Positions 22,201 to 29,245 of a DNA stretch of 29,245 nucleotides are shown here, in pieces (position 1 is the stretch's first letter; every line of letters begins with the position of its first letter). Origin of the DNA: a bacterium (GTDB lineage: Bacteria; SAR324; NAC60-12). The position numbers were made by a program, and so were the translations under genes. The notes under the pieces are model-generated. The model was given only the letters and a program-made list of their open reading frames with translations. It made no database searches and was not told the origin of the DNA. The stretch spans positions 1 through 29,245 of the forward strand of contig CBDDTI010000230.1 of the NCBI GenBank assembly GCA_965233585.1. The letters run 5' to 3'.

Positions 22201-25200
22201 AGTGTGAAGATGTGAAGATGTAAGTGTGAGAGAGAGATAAAGAAAAGATGTAAAGATGTGTGTGTGTGAGTGTGAAGATGTGAGTATGTGAAGATGTACA
22301 TAGGAAGATGTAATATGTGAAAATGTGAGTGTGAAGATGTGAAGATGTATGACAGACGCAGATGACAGACACAACTATTAGAAGAACCCTTCGTTTAGAC
22401 GCTCTCGGGAACAAAAAATGTTCGTGCCAACCTCAGCAACGAAATATGATGCTAAAGTGTTACCCACAAACTCCAAAACCCCAAAATGAGTGAATCCCAT
22501 TGTAAACTCATTAATCCATACATATTTCTTTGGGGGTAAAATTAAACATGCTTACTAAACATGCGAAGCAAACAAGTCAGGATTTCTTAAAACTTACCGG
22601 CAAGACCTGAACATGACAGAGGTGACCGAATAACAAACATGCCAAAGAATCAATGGGGCAAGAAATCAAAAAATGTAAGCAAGGCCTGAACATGACAGGG
22701 GTGACCGGAAAATAAGCATGCCAAACAATGAACATGTCAAGCAAACATGCACACGAACGTGGCTGCGCGAAAGAAGATCTGGAAATGCTCGCGGTTATGT
22801 TTTCTCGGACAGTTCCAGTAGCAAACAAAAAACGTTCATGCCAAGCTCAGCAAGGAAATGTGATGCTAAAGTGTTACCCTTAAATATTACCCACAAACTC
22901 CACAATCCAGAAATCAATGAACCCCAATGTAACCTTATTAATCCATTTATATCTTTTTTAGGGTAAAATTAAGCATGCCTACTCAGCATGCCACGCAAAC
23001 AAGTCAGGACTGCTCATAAACACCACAAGCCAAAAATCAGTGAAGCTCATTAATCCATTCATATATCTTTCGGGTAAAATTAACCATCCCTACTCAGTTT
23101 TTGACCATCGACCATCATTCCATTGGAAAGGGTTGCTCCAGGAGAAGTAAACTCGCAATTTTTCCTCAGTTTTTGACGATCGACCCTCATTTCGTGCGAA
23201 AGGGTTGCTCCGGGACAAGTCCGGCACAAGTAAAATCGCACGCAATTTTACCTCAATTTTTGCGCATCGACCCTCATTTCGTGCGAAAGGGTTGCTGCGG
23301 GACAAGTCCGGCACAAGTGAAATCGCAATTTGACCTCAGTTTTTGCGCATCGACCCTCATTTCGTGCGAAAGGGTTGACGTTTCGTGACTCCTCGCCGGC
23401 ACCACCCTTGGCCTAAAGAGAGAAAGATAAAGAAGGCGAGAGAGAGAAAAGGAGAGAGAAAGGAGAGAGAGAGAAGATGTGAGTAAGAGTGAAGATGTGA
23501 GTGCGAAAGAGAGAAAGAGAAGATGTGAGTATGTGAAGATGTGAGTGTGAAGATGTGAAGATGTAAGTGTGAGAGAGAGATAAAGAAAAGATGTAAAGAT
23601 GTGTGTGTGTGAGTGTGAAGATGTGAGTATGTGAAGATGTACATAGGAAGATGTAATATGTGAAAATGTGAGTGTGAAGATGTGAAGATGTATGACAGAC
23701 GCAGATGACAGACACAACTATTAGAAGAACCCTTCGTTTAGACGCTCTCGGGAACAAAAAATGTTCGTGCCAACCTCAGCAACGAAATATGATGCTAAAG
23801 TGTTACCCACAAACTCCAAAACCCCAAAATGAGTGAATCCCATTGTAAACTCATTAATCCATACATATTTCTTTGGGGGTAAAATTAAACATGCTTACTA
23901 AACATGCGAAGCAAACAAGTCAGGATTTCTTAAAACTTACCGGCAAGACCTGAACATGACAGAGGTGACCGAATAACAAACATGCCAAAGAATCAATGGG
24001 GCAAGAAATCAAAAAATGTAAGCAAGGCCTGAACATGACAGGGGTGACCGGAAAATAAGCATGCCAAACAATGAACATGTCAAGCAAACATGCACACGAA
24101 CGTGGCTGCGCGAAAGAAGATCTGGAAATGCTCGCGGTTATGTTTTCTCGGACAGTTCCAGTAGCAAACAAAAAACGTTCATGCCAAGCTCAGCAAGGAA
24201 ATGTGATGCTAAAGTGTTACCCTTAAATATTACCCACAAACTCCACAATCCAGAAATCAATGAACCCCAATGTAACCTTATTAATCCATTTATATCTTTT
24301 TTAGGGTAAAATTAAGCATGCCTACTCAGCATGCCACGCAAACAAGTCAGGACTGCTCATAAACACCACAAGCCAAAAATCAGTGAAGCTCATTAATCCA
24401 TTCATATATCTTTCGGGTAAAATTAACCATCCCTACTCAGTTTTTGACCATCGACCATCATTCCATTGGAAAGGGTTGCTCCAGGAGAAGTAAACTCGCA
24501 ATTTTTCCTCAGTTTTTGACGATCGACCCTCATTTCGTGCGAAAGGGTTGCTCCGGGACAAGTCCGGCACAAGTAAAATCGCACGCAATTTTACCTCAAT
24601 TTTTGCGCATCGACCCTCATTTCGTGCGAAAGGGTTGCTGCGGGACAAGTCCGGCACAAGTGAAATCGCAATTTGACCTCAGTTTTTGCGCATCGACCCT
24701 CATTTCGTGCGAAAGGGTTGACGTTTCGTGACTCCTCGCCGGCACCACCCTTGGCCTAAAGAGAGAAAGATAAAGAAGGCGAGAGAGAGAAAAGGAGAGA
24801 GAAAGGAGAGAGAGAGAAGATGTGAGTATGTGAAGATGTGAGTGCGAAAGAGAGAAAGAGAAGATGTGAGTATGTGAAGATGTGAGTGTGAAGATGTGAA
24901 GATGTAAGTGTGAGAGAGAGATAAAGAAAAGATGTAAAGATGTGTGTGTGTGAGTGTGAAGATGTGAGTATGTGAAGATGTACATAGGAAGATGTAATAT
25001 GTGAAAATGTGAGTGTGAAGATGTGAAGATGTATGACAGACGCAGATGACAGACACAACTATTAGAAGAACCCTTCGTTTAGACGCTCTCGGGAACAAAA
25101 AATGTTCGTGCCAACCTCAGCAACGAAATATGATGCTAAAGTGTTACCCACAAACTCCAAAACCCCAAAATGAGTGAATCCCATTGTAAACTCATTAATC

Positions 25201-28200
25201 CATACATATTTCTTTGGGGGTAAAATTAAACATGCTTACTAAACATGCGAAGCAAACAAGTCAGGATTTCTTAAAACTTACCGGCAAGACCTGAACATGA
25301 CAGAGGTGACCGAATAACAAACATGCCAAAGAATCAATGGGGCAAGAAATCAAAAAATGTAAGCAAGGCCTGAACATGACAGGGGTGACCGGAAAATAAG
25401 CATGCCAAACAATGAACATGTCAAGCAAACATGCACACGAACGTGGCTGCGCGAAAGAAGATCTGGAAATGCTCGCGGTTATGTTTTCTCGGACAGTTCC
25501 AGTAGCAAACAAAAAACGTTCATGCCAAGCTCAGCAAGGAAATGTGATGCTAAAGTGTTACCCTTAAATATTACCCACAAACTCCACAATCCAGAAATCA
25601 ATGAACCCCAATGTAACCTTATTAATCCATTTATATCTTTTTTAGGGTAAAATTAAGCATGCCTACTCAGCATGCCACGCAAACAAGTCAGGACTGCTCA
25701 TAAACACCACAAGCCAAAAATCAGTGAAGCTCATTAATCCATTCATATATCTTTCGGGTAAAATTAACCATCCCTACTCAGTTTTTGACCATCGACCATC
25801 ATTCCATTGGAAAGGGTTGCTCCAGGAGAAGTAAACTCGCAATTTTTCCTCAGTTTTTGACGATCGACCCTCATTTCGTGCGAAAGGGTTACTCCGGGAC
25901 AAGTCCGGCACAAGTAAAATCGCACGCAATTTTACCTCAATTTTTGCGCATCGACCCTCATTTCGTGCGAAAGGGTTGCTGCGGGACAAGTCCGGCACAA
26001 GTGAAATCGCAATTTGACCTCAGTTTTTGCGCATCGACCCTCATTTCGTGCGAAAGGGTTGACGTTTCGTGACTCCTCGCCGGCACCACCCTTGGCCTAA
26101 AGAGAGAAAGATAAAGAAGGCGAGAGAGAGAAAAGGAGAGAGAAAGGAGAGAGAGAGATGTGAGTATGTGAAGATGTGAGTGCGAAAGAGAGAAAGAGAA
26201 GATGTGAGTATGTGAAGATGTGAGTGTGAAGATGTGAAGATGTAAGTGTGAGAGAGAGATAAAGAAAAGATGTAAAGATGTGTGTGTGTGAGTGTGAAGA
26301 TGTGAGTATGTGAAGATGTACATAGGAAGATGTAATATGTGAAAATGTGAGTGTGAAGATGTGAAGATGTATGACAGACGCAGATGACAGACACAACTAT
26401 TAGAAGAACCCTTCGTTTAGACGCTCTCGGGAACAAAAAATGTTCGTGCCAACCTCAGCAACGAAATATGATGCTAAAGTGTTACCCACAAACTCCAAAA
26501 CCCCAAAATGAGTGAATCCCATTGTAAACTCATTAATCCATACATATTTCTTTGGGGGTAAAATTAAACATGCTTACTAAACATGCGAAGCAAACAAGTC
26601 AGGATTTCTTAAAACTTACCGGCAAGACCTGAACATGACAGAGGTGACCGAATAACAAACATGCCAAAGAATCAATGGGGCAAGAAATCAAAAAATGTAA
26701 GCAAGGCCTGAACATGACAGGGGTGACCGGAAAATAAGCATGCCAAACAATGAACATGTCAAGCAAACATGCACACGAACGTGGCTGCGCGAAAGAAGAT
26801 CTGGAAATGCTCGCGGTTATGTTTTCTCGGACAGTTCCAGTAGCAAACAAAAAACGTTCATGCCAAGCTCAGCAAGGAAATGTGATGCTAAAGTGTTACC
26901 CTTAAATATTACCCACAAACTCCACAATCCAGAAATCAATGAACCCCAATGTAACCTTATTAATCCATTTATATCTTTTTTAGGGTAAAATTAAGCATGC
27001 CTACTCAGCATGCCACGCAAACAAGTCAGGACTGCTCATAAACACCACAAGCCAAAAATCAGTGAAGCTCATTAATCCATTCATATATCTTTCGGGTAAA
27101 ATTAACCATCCCTACTCAGTTTTTGACCATCGACCATCATTCCATTGGAAAGGGTTGCTCCAGGAGAAGTAAACTCGCAATTTTTCCTCAGTTTTTGACG
27201 ATCGACCCTCATTTCGTGCGAAAGGGTTGCTCCGGGACAAGTCCGGCACAAGTAAAATCGCACGCAATTTTACCTCAATTTTTGCGCATCGACCCTCATT
27301 TCGTGCGAAAGGGTTGCTGCGGGACAAGTCCGGCACAAGTGAAATCGCAATTTGACCTCAGTTTTTGCGCATCGACCCTCATTTCGTGCGAAAGGGTTGA
27401 CGTTTCGTGACTCCTCGCCGGCACCACCCTTGGCCTAAAGAGAGAAAGATAAAGAAGGCGAGAGAGAGAAAAGGAGAGAGAAAGGAGAGAGAGAGAAGAT
27501 GTGAGTATGTGAAGATGTGAGTGCGAAAGAGAGAAAGAGAAGATGTGAGTATGTGAAGATGTGAGTGTGAGTGAAGATGTGAAGATGTAAGTGTGAGAGA
27601 GAGATAAAGAAAAGATGTAAAGATGTGTGTGTGTGAGTGTGAAGATGTGAGTATGTGAAGATGTACATAGGAAGATGTAATATGTGAAAATGTGAGTGTG
27701 AAGATGTGAAGATGTATGACAGACGCAGATGACAGACACAACTATTAGAAGAACCCTTCGTTTAGACGCTCTCGGGAACAAAAAATGTTCGTGCCAACCT
27801 CAGCAACGAAATATGATGCTAAAGTGTTACCCACAAACTCCAAAACCCCAAAATGAGTGAATCCCATTGTAAACTCATTAATCCATACATATTTCTTTGG
27901 GGGTAAAATTAAACATGCTTACTAAACATGCGAAGCAAACAAGTCAGGATTTCTTAAAACTTACCGGCAAGACCTGAACATGACAGAGGTGACCGAATAA
28001 CAAACATGCCAAAGAATCAATGGGGCAAGAAATCAAAAAATGTAAGCAAGGCCTGAACATGACAGGGGTGACCGGAAAATAAGCATGCCAAACAATGAAC
28101 ATGTCAAGCAAACATGCACACGAACGTGGCTGCGCGAAAGAAGATCTGGAAATGCTCGCGGTTATGTTTTCTCGGACAGTTCCAGTAGCAAACAAAAAAC

Positions 28201-29245
28201 GTTCATGCCAAGCTCAGCAAGGAAATGTGATGCTAAAGTGTTACCCTTAAATATTACCCACAAACTCCACAATCCAGAAATCAATGAACCCCAATGTAAC
28301 CTTATTAATCCATTTATATCTTTTTTAGGGTAAAATTAAGCATGCCTACTCAGCATGCCACGCAAACAAGTCAGGACTGCTCATAAACACCACAAGCCAA
28401 AAATCAGTGAAGCTCATTAATCCATTCATATATCTTTCGGGTAAAATTAACCATCCCTACTCAGTTTTTGACCATCGACCATCATTCCATTGGAAAGGGT
28501 TGCTCCAGGAGAAGTAAACTCGCAATTTTTCCTCAGTTTTTGACGATCGACCCTCATTTCGTGCGAAAGGGTTGCTCCGGGACAAGTCCGGCACAAGTAA
28601 AATCGCACGCAATTTTACCTCAATTTTTGCGCATCGACCCTCATTTCGTGCGAAAGGGTTGCTGCGGGACAAGTCCGGCACAAGTGAAATCGCAATTTGA
28701 CCTCAGTTTTTGCGCATCGACCCTCATTTCGTGCGAAAGGGTTGACGTTTCGTGACTCCTCGCCGGCACCACCCTTGGCCTAAAGAGAGAAAGATAAAGA
28801 AGGCGAGAGAGAGAAAAGGAGAGAGAAAGGAGAGAGAGAGAAGATGTGAGTATGTGAAGATGTGAGTGCGAAAGAGAGAAAGAGAAGATGTGAGTATGTG
28901 AAGATGTGAGTGTGAAGATGTGAAGATGTAAGTGTGAGAGAGAGATAAAGAAAAGATGTAAAGATGTGTGTGTGTGAGTGTGAAGATGTGAGTATGTGAA
29001 GATGTACATAGGAAGATGTAATATGTGAAAATGTGAGTGTGAAGATGTGAAGATGTATGACAGACGCAGATGACAGACACAACTATTAGAAGAACCCTTC
29101 GTTTAGACGCTCTCGGGAACAAAAAATGTTCGTGCCAACCTCAGCAACGAAATATGATGCTAAAGTGTTACCCACAAACTCCAAAACCCCAAAATGAGTG
29201 AATCCCATTGTAAACTCATTAATCCATACATATTTCTTTGGGGGT
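19287..29245. repeat. Array subfamily III (units 15-22)
   Basis: Adds gcggttatg, cccttaaata, gaaccccaat, actcagcatg, ttccattgga, aggagaagt and gctgcggg. ttttctcgg appears from unit 17, and units shorten to ~1340 bp. Confidence 0.85.

Larger units (their letters stand above)
1..29245. repeat. Tandem macrosatellite array, ~1.34-1.40-kb unit, 21 full copies plus a partial 22nd
   Basis: Anchor TTGACGTTTCGTGACTCC recurs at 1, 1393, 2796, 4184, 5570, 6951, 8311, 9687, 11064, 12428, 13809, 15192, 16548, 17904, 19287, 20668, 22032, 23375, 24718, 26059, 27397 and 28742. Unit lengths are 1392, 1403, 1388, 1386, 1381, 1360, 1376, 1377, 1364, 1381, 1383, 1356, 1356, 1383, 1381, 1364, 1343, 1343, 1341, 1338 and 1345. 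The ORF track repeats with the same period. Confidence 0.99.

Noticed and set aside
1..29245. Rolling-circle or sequencing concatemer of a small plasmid or virus
   Set aside because: No Rep or capsid ORF, and units carry ordered, shared variants rather than random independent errors.

Overview
The whole 29.2-kb window is one non-coding head-to-tail tandem array (macrosatellite): 21 complete copies of a ~1.34-1.40-kb unit plus 504 bp of a 22nd, and it probably continues past both edges. Each unit is modular: a 40-bp GC-rich linker, a ~340-bp almost C-free purine/GAAGATGT block, a short conserved motif ending CGGGAACAAAAAA, an A/C-rich segment built from older diverged ~180-bp and ~54-bp duplications, and a 4-copy 72/83-bp minisatellite with a bulged palindrome. 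Diagnostic variants change in an ordered way along the array, giving three subfamilies, one aberrant junction unit, local duplications and mosaics. I support no protein-coding gene, rRNA, tRNA or CRISPR; the listed ORFs are by-products of the repeat. The most unusual lead is speculative: an imperfect HDV-ribozyme-like motif order at the minisatellite/linker/purine-block junction, which together with an A-rich end suggests a tandemly amplified non-autonomous mobile element. The style suggests eukaryotic DNA. The 'HFVRKGC'-reading repeat reminds me of dinoflagellate (Symbiodiniaceae) repeats, but that is unverified recollection.
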